A stretch of 64,000 nt of DNA, taken from positions 697,587 through 761,586 of the forward strand of contig NW_003314304.1 of the NCBI RefSeq assembly GCF_000143415.4, in the 5' to 3' direction. Positions 1 to 11,804 of the stretch are shown one piece after another; the first letter of the stretch is position 1, and each line of letters begins with the position of its first letter. Source of the stretch: Selaginella moellendorffii (Eukaryota; Plantae; Lycopodiophyta). Both the position numbers and the translations under genes were made by a program. The notes beneath the pieces were generated by a model. That model was not told where the DNA came from and made no database searches. It saw nothing but the letters and a program-made list of their open reading frames with translations.

Positions 1-143
1 AAGCTGCCACCTCCGAAATTCTGTTAGATCAGAATCAAAGTAGCTGACCAGAACGACAATGATGTTCTTCACGTAAGCGTCAGCGTTGTTATGTTAGAAC
101 TCTTTTCTGATTTTAATCTCTGGACATAGGCAAAATCGATGCT

Positions 144-3100
144 TCACTGCATGCTTTGGAGCATCTGTACAACCTCTCTCATACTTGGCCGTTCCTTCGG
201 ATCCAACGTAGTGCACAGCAGGCCGAGCTTGACGAACTGCATCATCACTTCTACCGACGCTCCGGTCTCCAGCAAGACGTTATCCACAAACTCCTCTATT
301 CGAAGCGTCTCGCTCGACAGCAAAACTTGAGCCCTCACCCACGACACCAGGTCCATTCCCTCGGCTGGAAAGTTCCGGTCGAATGGAGACTTCCTTGTTG
401 CCAGCTCGAGCAGCACAACGCCGAAGCCGTAAACGTCGACCTTGTCGCTCAGTCTCATCGTGTAGCCATACTCTGGAGCAACGTACAATCAAGGTTAGTA
501 TCTGGATACGAGGAACAGGAGGTGAAAGCTTACCTGGAGCCATGTATCCCAGAGTTCCAACGATCGCAGATGCAGTCTGAGGATCACGCTCATACGTGAG
601 CTTGGCGATCCCAAAGTCCGTCAACTTGGCTTCCATATCGGCATCCAGGAGTATATTACTGGCCTTGACGTCGCGATGGATTACCGAGGGGACACAGTCG
701 TGGTGCAAATAAGCCAGTCCGTGAGCAGCTCCCAGCGCGATCTTCCACCTCGTCGGCCAGTCAAGTTGATCGCCATTCTTGTGCAATGCAGTGTCGAGGC
801 TCCCGTTCGGCATAAACTCGTAGACGATCATGTTGGAGTCGGGCTGCGAGCGCCTGTAAGCGACGAGCTTCACCACATGCCTATGCCGGAAGCTGCCCGC
901 CGTCACGATCTCTCGCTCGAAGCTCTGGTTGGTATCGTCGTCTTGGCTCCGGTACGTGAGCTTCTTCACTGCAAAGACATGGCCGGAGGAAGTTGTGACG
1001 CAGTAGACGACGCCGTGAGCACCACGGCCGATGATATTGTCGTCCGAGACTCCAGCGATCGCCTGGGCTATATCTCGCAGTGAGACTGCACGCCGGGAGG
1101 AGACGAAGAGCTTGATGGAGTCGAGCCTCTGCTGTTCGCGGTGGAGGCTGTACTTCTCCGAGGTTTTCTTCACCGAGATCCAGATGACCAACACGAGAAG
1201 GACGAAGAAACTCAAGGCCGACGCGAAGGCGATGCCGATTATAGCTCCCGAGCTGAGACCACGCTTCGTGCTTCTGGGTTGAACGCTGGTCGTCGAGTTA
1301 CAGCTGCTCGCGACGCACAGGCCGGGATTTCCAAGGAAGGAGCTCGCTGGGAATTGCTGCCACTGGAGCTGGCCGCTGGGCAGCTTCCCCGAGAGCTGGT
1401 TATAGGAAAGGTTGACGGAAATCAGCGAAACCATGTTGCTGAGAAGCTGTGGAAGGCTTCCTTCGAGGGAGTTGTGCGAGAGATCCAAGCTCTGGAGCAT
1501 GTCGAGGCTGGACAGAGCTTGAGGGATTGGACCAGTGAGCGAGTTCCAGCTGAGGTTTAAGGCGATGCTGAGCTGCGAGAGCTGTCCCAGAGCCGGCGGG
1601 ATCGCTCCTCGCAGCTTGTTCTCTGCGAGGTTGAACTCCATCAGACCACCCAAGCTCGATATCTCGTCCGGGATCACTCCGGTCAGCTCGTTTCTCTGGA
1701 GCCGAAGATAGTTCAGCGACGACGATGAGGTGGCCGCCATCGAGAGCTCGCCATGGATGGAGTTGCTGCTCAGATCGAGCGTCGTCAAGCTGCTCGAGTT
1801 CCAGAAGGTGGCGGGGATGGTGCCATTCAGGAAGTTGGAAGAAACGTCGAGGTACCCGAGCTTGGTCAGTCGGCCAAGTTCGTCAGGGAGAGGTCCTGAG
1901 AGGCGGTTTCTCTGGAGCTCGATCCGGCTCAAGTTGGCGCACGACCCCAGCTCAGGAGGAACCGGTCCGCGCAGATCATTCCCGGCCAAGTCAAGGAAGT
2001 AGAGCGCACTGTTCTTGGCGAAATCGACAGGAATGCTACCGTCAAACAAGTTGTTGCTCAGCCTCAAACGTTGAATCCTCGAGCAGTGCCTCGCGACCTC
2101 GTCCAAGGTTCCATTCAGCTGGTTCGCGAGGGCGTTGAATAGACGGAGTTGTCCGGAGCTGCACAGGCTTTTGGCCGGGATCTTCCCGGTGAGGAGATTG
2201 TTGCTGAGCTCCACCTCGGTCAAGTTGTTCGTGGCTCCAAGCGATGGTGGTATCTCGCCATGCAAGCGATTGGCATCGAGATAGAGTACCTGGAGGTGGC
2301 GGAGCTCGCAAAGCTGTCGAGGGATCCTACCAGTGAGCTGATTGTCCGCGAGCCGGAGCTCCAGCAAGCTCGTGGAGTTTCCAAGCTCGGGTGGTATCTC
2401 TCCGGTGAGAGTGTTGCTCTCCATCCTGAGTGTTTGGAGCTTGCTCAATCGGCCAAACTCCCGCGGGATGCTTCCATTGAGCCTGTTGCTCGAGACAGAG
2501 AGATAGGCCAAGCTCGGACATCCTGCCGCGATCTCCGGTGGAAACTCTCCCGTGAGCTGGTTGTAGGAGAGATCCATGATGGTGACGAGCTCGAGAGCTC
2601 CCAGGCTGGACGGGATTCTTCCGGAGAGATGGTTGTAGAAGAGATAGAGGCTCGTGAGGCTCGAGCAGCCGCCAAGCTCCGGTGGGATTGGACCCGAGAA
2701 GGAGTTCCGCGACAGATCGATGCGCTCGAGAGCCTTGCAGCGGCCGAGCGATGGAGGGATCTCGCCGGAGAGGTTGTTCTGCGAGAGGCCGAGCTGCTGG
2801 AGCTGCGTGAGCGACGAGAAGCCATCGCGCGGGAGCGTGCCGTGGAAGAGATTGGTGGAGAGATGGAGGGACGTGAGGTTGGCGGAGGTGAAGATCACCG
2901 GCGGGATCTCCCCCGAGAGGGAGTTTTCGTAGAGCCAGAGGTCGGAGAGATCGGGCAGGACGCGAGTGAAAACCGAGGCTAGATCGCCCGAGAGGTTGTT
3001 GGTGTTGGCGTAGAAGCTCTGGATTCTCGTGAGCCGCGTGAAAACCTGTGGAGGGATGCTACCCGAGAAGGAGTTGGTGCCAAGATCGAGGTATCTCATC

Positions 3101-3474
3101 CTGGAGCAATTGCCCAGCTCTGGAGGGATCTCTCCCGAGAGATCGTTGAGCGAGAGATCGAGATAGACGAGCTGGGCGAGAGAGCCCACCGCGGGGGAGA
3201 GCGTTCCCGAGAGACCCATCTGCTGGAGCTGGATGGATTTGACGCGGAGGGATCGTGTGTGGCATTTGATCCCTGTCCAGGCGCAGGGGCAGGCATCGGA
3301 TGCGTTCCAGGTGCTGAGCGATCGAGATGGGTCGTGGAGAGAGCTCTTGATGGCGATCAAAGAGGCGACCTCGTTGCGAAGCTCCTCGCTTGGTGGGCAG
3401 GACAGGGAGGAGGTAGCGAAGAGGAGGAGGAGGAAGAGGGCGCTGGGGATTGGAGCTGGATGGTGAGACGCCAT
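144..3474 (-). CDS. LRR receptor-like kinase, LRR-XI class (PEPR/PSYR-related); 2 exons, intron 473..533
   Basis: Signal peptide (MASHHP...LFLLLLFATS), Cys-paired LRR cap and >20 LxxLxLxxNxLxGxIP repeats. TM helix AIIGIAFASALSFFVLLVLVIWI. RD kinase motifs GRGAHGVVY, AVKK, HRDVKASN, DFG, GYMAP|EYG. GT..AG intron at the conserved subdomain VIII position; exon 2 ends at 144. Confidence 0.93.
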
Positions 3475-3700
3475 ACCTGGACGAGCATTGGAGAGCCTCC
3501 AAATCGCGCATTGGAAGGGCATTGATGGGTTTTATAAGAGCCGACAACGCGTCGACCGACACTCGCGTGTGAAACGAGACTCTTGTTTGGAATCTCGCTC
3601 GCAACCGGCCAATCCGAAAAGCGATAAAAAAGGCACGCACTCGTGTGTGAGAACATTCCAAGAAATGATCATTGGTAGCCACAAAGGTGGTTCTTTCTTC

Positions 3701-3739
3701 CATTTGGGTTGACTCTCCATCCAAAAGTCAACCCAAATG
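3701..3739. promoter_or_regulatory. Perfect 14-bp inverted repeat carrying two opposed W-boxes (TTGACT) in the divergent RLK/PPR promoter
   Basis: CATTTGGGTTGACT-N11-AGTCAACCCAAATG. Confidence 0.55.
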
Positions 3740-3842
3740 CCTCAAGAGGGCAATTGCGTTCTTTTGTAGCATATACCCAATATGCCATGCCATTCTAAAC
3801 CATGCTCAATTCACGAGCTTGAGATCTCTGTGATCTCATGAA

Positions 3843-5633
3843 ATGGAAAACATAGTGGCCAGCATCCGATCGTGCACAGCGTCGAGGGATCTGGAGCAGG
3901 CCCGGAGCATCCACGCCCGGGTTCTGGAGAGCGAGCATCGAGACAACACCCTTCTCGCCAACTTGCTCATGAAAATGTATGGCAGGTGCGGATGCCCAGG
4001 CGAGGCACGCAAGATTTTCGACGCCACGCTCCATCCCAACGCCTACTCGTGGAGCATTCTCATTGCTGCGTATGCTTTCAACGGCCAGCTTGATCTCGCT
4101 CGCCAAGTTCTGGAATCAATGCGAGAGCCCGACGTCGTCTCGTGGACAGCGCTTCTCACAGGCTATGCCCAGAACGGGGATCTGGACTCCGCGCAAACAA
4201 TCTTTAATTCCATGCCTGTGAGAAACGTTGTTTCCTGGACGGCCATGATCACTGGCTATGCCCAGCTGGGCCAGTTTCTAAAAGCCGAGCTCTTGTTCAA
4301 GGCCATGCCAGAGAGGAACATAGTGTCTTGGACGGCTATGGTTTCTGCATATGCCCAGAACAGGCATTTGCAAGAAGCTCGCGCCTTGTTCGATTCCATG
4401 CCCGAGAAGAACGTCGTCACGTACAACGCGATGATCCAAGCGTACGCCGATTCCCGAGAGATCGACGAGGCGAGAGCTTTGTTCGATCGAATGCCCTCGA
4501 GGAACGTTGCGTCGTGGAATGTGATGCTCAAGACTTATGCCGAGGCTGGGCTTGTGGACAAGACGGAGAACTTGTTCCTGGACATGCCCGAGAAGGACAC
4601 CGTCTCGTGGAACATCGTGATCCAATCCTACTTCTCCAGCACCAAGATCGAAAAGGCGAGGCAGGCCTTCGCAGAGATGCCTCGCCCGGACGTGGTGACT
4701 TCCAACATCATGATCGCGGGCTTCGTCCAGAACGGGCATCTGGACGACGCGAGGAAGATCTTCGACGAGAGGAGCTCGCAGCTCGACATCGTCTCCTGGA
4801 ACACGATCATCTCGGCGTACGCGCAGAGGGGAGACTTCGCAGTGGCGCAGGAGCTCTTCGATTCCATGACGCACCGAACGAAGATCACTTGGAACGCTCT
4901 CTTCTCGGCATACGCCCAGCACCGCCGTCTGGAGGAGGCCAAGCTTCTCTTCGATCGAATGCCGCACGAGAGAAGCACGGAGATTTGGAACGCGCTGGCG
5001 GCGGCCTACGTCCACGACTCGCGATTCAACGAGGCCAAGCGATTGTTTGACGAGATGCCCGAGAGAGATGTCTTCTCCTGGACGGGGATGGTGGCGGCCT
5101 ACACCACGAGCGGTAACTTGGATCTTGCCAGGAGGATGTTCGACAGCATGCCCGACAAAGATCTTGTCGCCTGGAACTCGATGATTGCAGCGCACTGTCG
5201 TGTCGGGAATGTGGACGACGTGCTGCGCCTCTACACCGGTCTGCTGCTGGCCGGCACTGTCCCCGACGAGGTGACATTCACGACCGTGCTGGGAGCTTCC
5301 AGTCACGCGGGGCTCCTGCGCGAGGGACTGGCTTACTTCGTCTCGATGACGCTCGATCACCGGATCATGCCTTTGCAGCGCCACTACCGCTGCGTGATCG
5401 ATCTTCTCGGGAGGTCCGGGCTGCTGCTGGATGCCGAGCAACTGCTCAAAGGCCTGCCTTACAACTTCGCGGCGGATGACATCGCTGGAGCGGCGTTCCT
5501 GGGAGCTTGCAAGACGCACAGAGACGTCGATCGTGGAGCTCAAGTTGCGAGAGAAGTGATAGATATGGATGCCAAGGATGACACTCCATATGTGCTTCTC
5601 TCCAGCATCTACTCCGGACGAAGAGCTGTGTAG
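3843..5633 (+). CDS. PLS-class (SS-motif-rich) PPR protein with E domain, no DYW
   Basis: Intronless 596 aa ORF. Tandem ~31-aa motifs (xVVSWxAMIxxYAQxGxxxxAxxLFxxMPxR), followed by VPDEVTFTTVLGASSHAGL, HYRCVIDLLGRSG and the E motif FLGACKTHRDVDRG. Confidence 0.92.
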   Translation: MENIVASIRSCTASRDLEQARSIHARVLESEHRDNTLLANLLMKMYGRCGCPGEARKIFDATLHPNAYSWSILIAAYAFNGQLDLARQVLESMREPDVVSWTALLTGYAQNGDLDSAQTIFNSMPVRNVVSWTAMITGYAQLGQFLKAELLFKAMPERNIVSWTAMVSAYAQNRHLQEARALFDSMPEKNVVTYNAMIQAYADSREIDEARALFDRMPSRNVASWNVMLKTYAEAGLVDKTENLFLDMPEKDTVSWNIVIQSYFSSTKIEKARQAFAEMPRPDVVTSNIMIAGFVQNGHLDDARKIFDERSSQLDIVSWNTIISAYAQRGDFAVAQELFDSMTHRTKITWNALFSAYAQHRRLEEAKLLFDRMPHERSTEIWNALAAAYVHDSRFNEAKRLFDEMPERDVFSWTGMVAAYTTSGNLDLARRMFDSMPDKDLVAWNSMIAAHCRVGNVDDVLRLYTGLLLAGTVPDEVTFTTVLGASSHAGLLREGLAYFVSMTLDHRIMPLQRHYRCVIDLLGRSGLLLDAEQLLKGLPYNFAADDIAGAAFLGACKTHRDVDRGAQVAREVIDMDAKDDTPYVLLSSIYSGRRAV

Positions 5634-6506
5634 GAAGATAGTCAGTGGATTGAACATCGATCAATCGGAAAAAGCTTGTACCGGGATGACAACAAAAGCC
5701 TGTAAATGTGAGAAAGAAATAGACATCGATACGTGTGTCACGCTACCTAGCGTCGTCATGACTCGGACGTTGTCGTAACTGGCCCATTCCTCTCCTCCGG
5801 AGAGATATCCATTTCGAACACCAAAACTTCATCCGAGACGGGCCGAAGATCCTGTGTTCCATCGTCAAACTGACTACTCTCGCCGTTTTCCTTGCGTTCG
5901 AGACTGTCCAAGTCTACCGCTTCGAGGTCTGATGTAATGCCGACCAGGGTCTGTCTGTCTTCTTCGTCCTCCTCCCTGTCTCGCTTGGGCCGTGGACCTT
6001 CGCGTTTCAGATGCTGGACTTGGTTGGAAGATGTAGCCGTGTCAACCAGGTCCTCGTCCTCACCAAGAACTACTTCGCCATCGCTGCCGCTGCTGCTACT
6101 GCTGCTGCCGCTATCTGCTAAGGAAAAATGTATGTTTTGTCCATCTTCAGTCACGTGTGGATTCGTTTCAAGATCGTCTTGAAACGGAAACCATGGTGAG
6201 TCCGACCCAAAGAGGCGAGCACTGTAAGCAGTACATGTCAACTCAATGGCTACCAAAAACTAAGCTCGTTTTACTAACCTCTCCTGCTCGTCGCAAAGGC
6301 GAGCAGACTTGATAATCACCTCGGAAGAGTCCTCTTCAAAGAAGGCATCCTGCAAAAGAAAAGTGTAAGTGCAGAGGAAGAACAATGACTAGAAATACCT
6401 CTTCCGTGTCGTCGTTATCAAACATGTTGTATCTGAAAACTTTTCTAGTCAAGTTACCAGCCAGCGCAGATATACCATAATCACGATCACAAAGGTCATC
6501 TTCATC
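4193..6506 (+). repeat. 2.3 kb direct duplication, copy 1 (partner 16617..18922)
   Basis: Near-identical to copy 2 from GCAAACAATC to GGTCATCTTCATC. Confidence 0.95.
5756..6506 (-). pseudogene. 3' fragment (last exons only) of the SAPS/PP6R gene, orphaned by the duplication
   Basis: Nearly identical to 18172..18922; similarity stops abruptly at 6506 and the upstream exons are absent. Confidence 0.88.
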
Positions 6507-7847
6507 TGCTCAACTTTCATTCTGGTTCATTCGTCACTGGCAATGCTGACGATTGGTAACGTTTGACTCTCTCACAGCTTCCTTCAGACTCACTTCTTTT
6601 CCGTCGTTATTATTTCAGCAATGTGTGGAAACGAACATCAAAGACTCATGTATCTCCCTCAGCTTGCCCGACTAGACACCATTGCTTGCTGGGTATCGTA
6701 ATGTTTTTTTCTTCTTCTGCTTAAGTTCCGAATGCTCAACGGTGACTTTCGTTGTGCCGCAGGCACTTACCGAGCCTGATTATGGAAGTGATGCAAGTTC
6801 TTTAAGTACGACTTCAACGAAGGTGTGCCTCTTATCAGATCAGACTGATTGTTTTTTTTTTTTAATCCGTACTTTCTGACAGGTGAAAGGAGGATGGATT
6901 CTGGATGGTCAAAAGAGATGGATTGGGAACAGTACATTTGCAGATGTTGCAGTTATCTTTGCAAGAAATACTGAGACTAACCAGATAAACGGGTACGTTT
7001 CTGTGTTTCGGTTTCCTAAACTCAAGATACTAAGCATTACAGGTTCATTGTGAAGAAAGGAACTCCAGGATACAGTGCAACCAAGATTGAGAACAAATCT
7101 CGTTGAGGATTGTCCAAAACGGGGACATCATTCTTAAGAACTGTTTTATCCCTGATGATGATCGTTTGCCTTGAATAAACTCGTTTGCGGACACAAGCAA
7201 GGTACTACTACTTCAATCTCCGATGTTTTATCTGCTGAGCGTTTTCAATCTGGTCAGGTGCTTGCGATTTCTAGAATTATAGTTGCATGGCAACCGATCG
7301 GCATTTCTATGGGTGTCTACGGCATGTGTCACAGGTACTTGAATTCTTCTGCGAAACTAATCTTTTCTTTTTTTTCTTTCCTCAAAAGGTATTTGCTAGA
7401 ACGGAAACAATTCGGAGCTCCATTCGCTTCACTGCAAATCAATCAGGAAAAGCTCGTTCATATGCTTGGAAATATTCAAGCGATGACATTACTCGGATGG
7501 CGCTTGTGCAAGCTTTACGAGAGCGGTAAGATGACTCCCGGCCAAGCTAGTCTCGCCAAGGTAAACGTTTATTTCATATCGTTTCTTCAAGTTTGCTAAG
7601 CTCAGTGTCGTTCTTGTAGTCTTGGAACACTAAGAAGGCCAGAGAGACTGTAGCTCTGGTTCGAGAACTTCTTGGAGGGAACGGAATCCTGGTGGATTTC
7701 CTCGTTGCAAAGGTATTTGACTTGTTCTCGATTCTTTCTAGGATCTCATCACGAGTTTTTCTTGTTCAGGCTTTTTGTGACTTGGAACCGATATACACTT
7801 CTGGTCGTGAGGTCACAGGCATTGCAAGCATCAAACCTCGGCGATAA
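6507..7847 (+). pseudogene. ACX4: 5'-truncated, disrupted peroxisomal acyl-CoA oxidase 4 (short-chain) fragment retaining introns
   Basis: Exons encode [64 protein letters not shown] and [16 protein letters not shown]. Starts mid-exon at the duplication junction. Frameshift near 7097, in-frame TGA near 7172, and the YEGT segment is deleted. Confidence 0.85.
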
Positions 7848-7985
7848 GTAAGCTCATTAGCAGCGATGTGATCACTGTTTTGGTCACTGCTGTTTTGTTT
7901 TAGAAGCATCTTCGTCAAGAATGGATGGATTCAAAAATAGCTGCGCATTTCTTAAGTCGCAGCTCTTCACATTTTTTGTAGGACG

Positions 7986-9086
7986 ATGGTGGGCTGCTTC
8001 GGGATCAGCTTGATCAAGCTCTACGTCAAGCATGTGGAGAAGCTTTACGAGCGTCTGGGATTGAAATCCAAGCAGATTGAGCTTGACAACGGGACAACAA
8101 TTCACTGCTGGGTGTCTGAGGAGAGCAAGCACCAAGGAAAGCCGCGCTTGATCCTCATCCATGGCTTTGGAGGAAAAGGATGCGTAGGCTGGGAGAATCA
8201 GATCGCAGATTTCACAAAGCACTTCAACCCGGACTTCATCTTCTTCGGCAAGTCAACCACAAGCAGCAGGCAGAGATCTGAAGTTTTTCAAGCAGAGTGC
8301 CTCATCAAGCTCCTGCGGCAGGAAGAGGTTGAGAAGGTGATGATTGCAGGCACAAGCTATGGAGGATTTGTGGCCTTTCGGATGGCTGCTTTGGATCCGC
8401 AGATGGTAACCAAAGTGGTGATTGCGAGCTCCGGAGTTCCGTCAAGCAACGACTGGATTCTGAACGAGTTCAATGCGACGCACATCCATCAAGTTCTGAT
8501 CCCGGATTCCGTTGCTGCAAAGAAGAAAGTTTTGGATCTGTGTGTGTACAAGAAGGCTGCGATCCTGCCGAATTGCCTTCTGGAAGACTTGATGAACCTA
8601 AGTGGCATCGTCGTATTGACGACTTACAACTTTTTTTTTTTTGGAGTTCGGACAAAACAGAGATCAGAAGATTGAGACGGACTTTTGATCGGGTCGAAGA
8701 ATGCAACGCCGCTTCCAACGTTGAATCAGGTACGTTTTTTTGGAAAAATGTTTATGCCGGTTGTGATGATTTTGGTTGTTGGATTGGCAGAAAGTGCTGA
8801 TAGTTTGGGGATCTCACGATCGAGTGTTCAAATTGGATCTGGCTCATGAGCTGCAAAGGTAAAAAATCAAACTATCAACATCCAGTTCTTTTTCCTCTTG
8901 AGTTTGAATTGGACGAAGAATCAACATCCAGTTTAATTTGACGGAAGAAGAATTGTTTTTGGCAGGCACTTGGGTGAAACGTCTAAGTTGGTGGTGATTC
9001 AAAACGCAGGACATGTCCCACAAATGGAAAAGGCCAAGGAATACAACACCATCATCCTCAACTTTCTTTCCGAAGTCAATCCTTGA
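7986..9086 (+). pseudogene. Alpha/beta hydrolase (Abhydrolase_6/MAGL-like), probably degenerate
   Basis: GTTIHCWV, LILIHGFGG, nucleophile elbow GTSYGG, later exons LIVWGSHDRVF and NAGHVPQMEK. Short deletions (FNPDFIFFG) and an apparent lost donor (CTAAGT at ~8598) suggest decay. Confidence 0.65.
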
Positions 9087-9739
9087 TTTATTTTTCATTT
9101 GATCAATGTTGGAAAATATCAGCCCACATCCAAAAAAATTGCTTAAAAACAAAAGTAAGAAACACAACATAAATAAATATAGGTTTGGAATCCAAAAACT
9201 TAAATATGAATCGATCCTTGTTCAGAATCACCATATGTGCTGATGAAGATGGTGGTGATGGTATTAAAAACTTGTGATTGGAGGTGGTGCCTCTTCTGTT
9301 AACGTTTAAAATTGGCGGTCTGGAGCCTCCTAAACACATGCTGTGTCAGTAATTATGATTTTTGACCACATCAGCTGCCGAACCTCCACCTCAGCAATTG
9401 ACAAGTTTAAATATTACCCTTTAAAAACTGCCACAATTCAGATGATCATAGCTCAAAAAGTGAAAAACCCTTACAAATCCCTCCATGTAATAAGGCCGTA
9501 ACCATAGTAGTTAAATCTCATTGATTGGTTGAATAAACAAAACCAATCAAGCCTACCGGATCAATGCATCCTATAATCACAGTAGGATACAACTCTCCAG
9601 ACCACGCAACCATCACCACATGCATTGGAATCAACTGCACAATGCATCAATTTACAGAAATTCACAAAACTAACCTCATGAATAGTAGTCTTCAGGATGT
9701 GTAGTCAGATCCCATTGAATTTTTTACAGCGTAATCCAT

Positions 9740-10336
9740 AAATCAAGGAAAAACTAAGCTTTTGATCTCCACCCTGTATTAACGAACAATGAAATAAAGC
9801 TCTTTGAAACACGCCAAAAGCCAGCTCATCAATTCTATTCTTCTAGTTGTCCAATGAACCTGAAGCATATCATCAACAACCTTAAGGACAAATGCAATTA
9901 TAAAAAATAATTTTAAACAGCAAAAAAAAAGAAAAAGAAATCAATAAAAACATGAGGCCTCCTGAATTTGAATTTCCAGCTCAATCAATAAGTGAAAATA
10001 AAGTACATCAAACACAATCCCAAACTTGATTACCTTCATGCTAAAAAAAATATCAAATATAATGCTTGAATTTTGTATGAAGTATATAAAATATATGCAT
10101 CAGCACAAAACTAATTTAACACTGTAGTCAAAAGCAATAATAATATACTCATTGCCAGCAATCGACCGTGGAAAAGGTCCCATAAGATCAAATGCCACCA
10201 ACTTAAACAAACGGGAAATTACAATTGACTCCAACCATCCTTTTGCAGCACGAAGGGGAGTAATGCGAGCTTAGCACCAAACGCAACTACACACATACCA
10301 AATAATATCATATCACATCTCCAGCCAATAAAAAGA
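9740..10336 (-). mobile_element. Degenerate gypsy-type (rve) integrase fragment
   Basis: Manual minus-strand translation of ~10330..10120 gives FYWLEM*YDIIWYVCSCVWC*ARITPLRAAKGWLESIVISRLFKLVAFDLMGPFPRSIAGNEYIIIAFDY. This matches the integrase Zn-finger CxxC plus the start of the catalytic core (DxxGPFP..GNxYIIxAxDY). A weaker SFSLIYGLR motif lies near 9750. Confidence 0.7.
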
Positions 10337-10984
10337 CCTAAAATAGAATAAAAAAAGAAGTTTATATAAAATATTATATCTTTAATCTACCTCAAGCATT
10401 CAAAGCAACTGACAAAGAGCCAAGAAACTGACTAAGGTCGGCAGTGGCACCACCCTTAAACTCATTGGCATGGGTTTTATCCTCCCCATGGCTGCTAACA
10501 GATGGTGGGTTAAAATTAACAAACCCATTGCTTAGTAGCCATCAGATGACTGACAAGAGGGTTGATCCTACATTTATAATCTGAAAATAGAAAACAATTA
10601 ACCACATAAATAGAATAGAGACTTTTAAGTATATTAGTATGTTGCATTATTTCTTAGTTATATATAAATTAATTTACATAAAAATATAAAATATGGCATT
10701 TGCATATTATAATATTTTTGAATGTAGAAATTAGTAATTTCTTAACATCCAAGTTTATCCTAAATTGGAAAGCCAAGCTTTTGGTTAACTTAGATTTCAT
10801 CATTGGGCAGAAAAACTTTTATCTTTTATGCTTTTACATTCTATCTAATCCATGCCACATCCACTTCAACCCTGCTGTGACAAGCTTGTTTAGGGTAACT
10901 CACATCTTTCTTGAGTCATTGTCAACTATTGATTGACATGTCCTTTTTAGGAAACCGCAGAGATTTCAGAGGAATGAAGATGAA

Positions 10985-11103
10985 TGAATCATTTATCATT
11001 TTAAAGCACAAGCTGTTGGATTTCTTGGGCAATTTGTCCTATGTGATTCATTTATCATTTTAAAGCACAAGCTCCTGGATTTCTTGGGCGACTTGTCACT
11101 ATG
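10985..11103 (+). repeat. ~59-bp tandem repeat, 2 copies
   Basis: TCATTTATCATTTTAAAGCACAAGCT..GGATTTCTTGGGC occurs twice. Confidence 0.85.
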
Positions 11104-11804
11104 CTCTCAATCAGGAAATTCCAGTATTCTGCACATTTAATACAATAAAAAGTTTTGCAAGATGTGTTTAATCTAAACTTGATGACCATTTGCAGATTGT
11201 TTGATTTATCACTGCTCTGGAATGGCTGGTGTTATCTGAAGCCTGTTGCTGTTGACATGGCTCTGCTTCCAGCTACTCAAATGTTGGAATTTGTCACCCA
11301 ACTCAGTCGATGCCAACAGCCTTCAGTGATCAGGTTTTGGAACTTAATGGCATAAAGGCACAAGAGCTGGATAAAGTGATTATACAGAAGTTTATTGAAG
11401 CATTTGACAGACAAATGGTGGTGGAATCACAAGTTTCAGCTTTGAATTGCCTACAGACCTGTTCATTCTGCAGTAGTTCAGTGGCCACATTTTTTTATCT
11501 GCGGGTATGCATCAGTGCCGAGCAATATTCTCCATGAACCTTAGCCCCAATCCATTGGCCATTTTTCAGATTGACAACGGCAAGTAATTCCCCGTGACCT
11601 GTTTGTTTTGTCAAAATTTCATGTTTTGATTGTTTGTCAGACATATGTACAGACATTTGTCATTTGCCTTAAACAAACAAAAGAAATTGGTACAAATTTT
11701 TTAATTATATCTATCTAAACTCACTTTTATTTCTGGTCTCAAATTCTGGAACATAACGATTAAACTATATTTAAATAATCAAAACTCTTTCATCTTAAAA
11801 CACT

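Noticed and set aside
676-3724. Many overlapping ORFs on the strands and frames of the LRR-RLK
   Set aside because: Shadows of a GC-rich coding sequence.
4278-5657. 459-aa antisense ORF over the PPR gene (and 440-aa at 16749..18071)
   Set aside because: Shadow ORF caused by GC-rich third-position codon bias; no recognisable motifs. Its persistence in copy 2 is explained by recent duplication.
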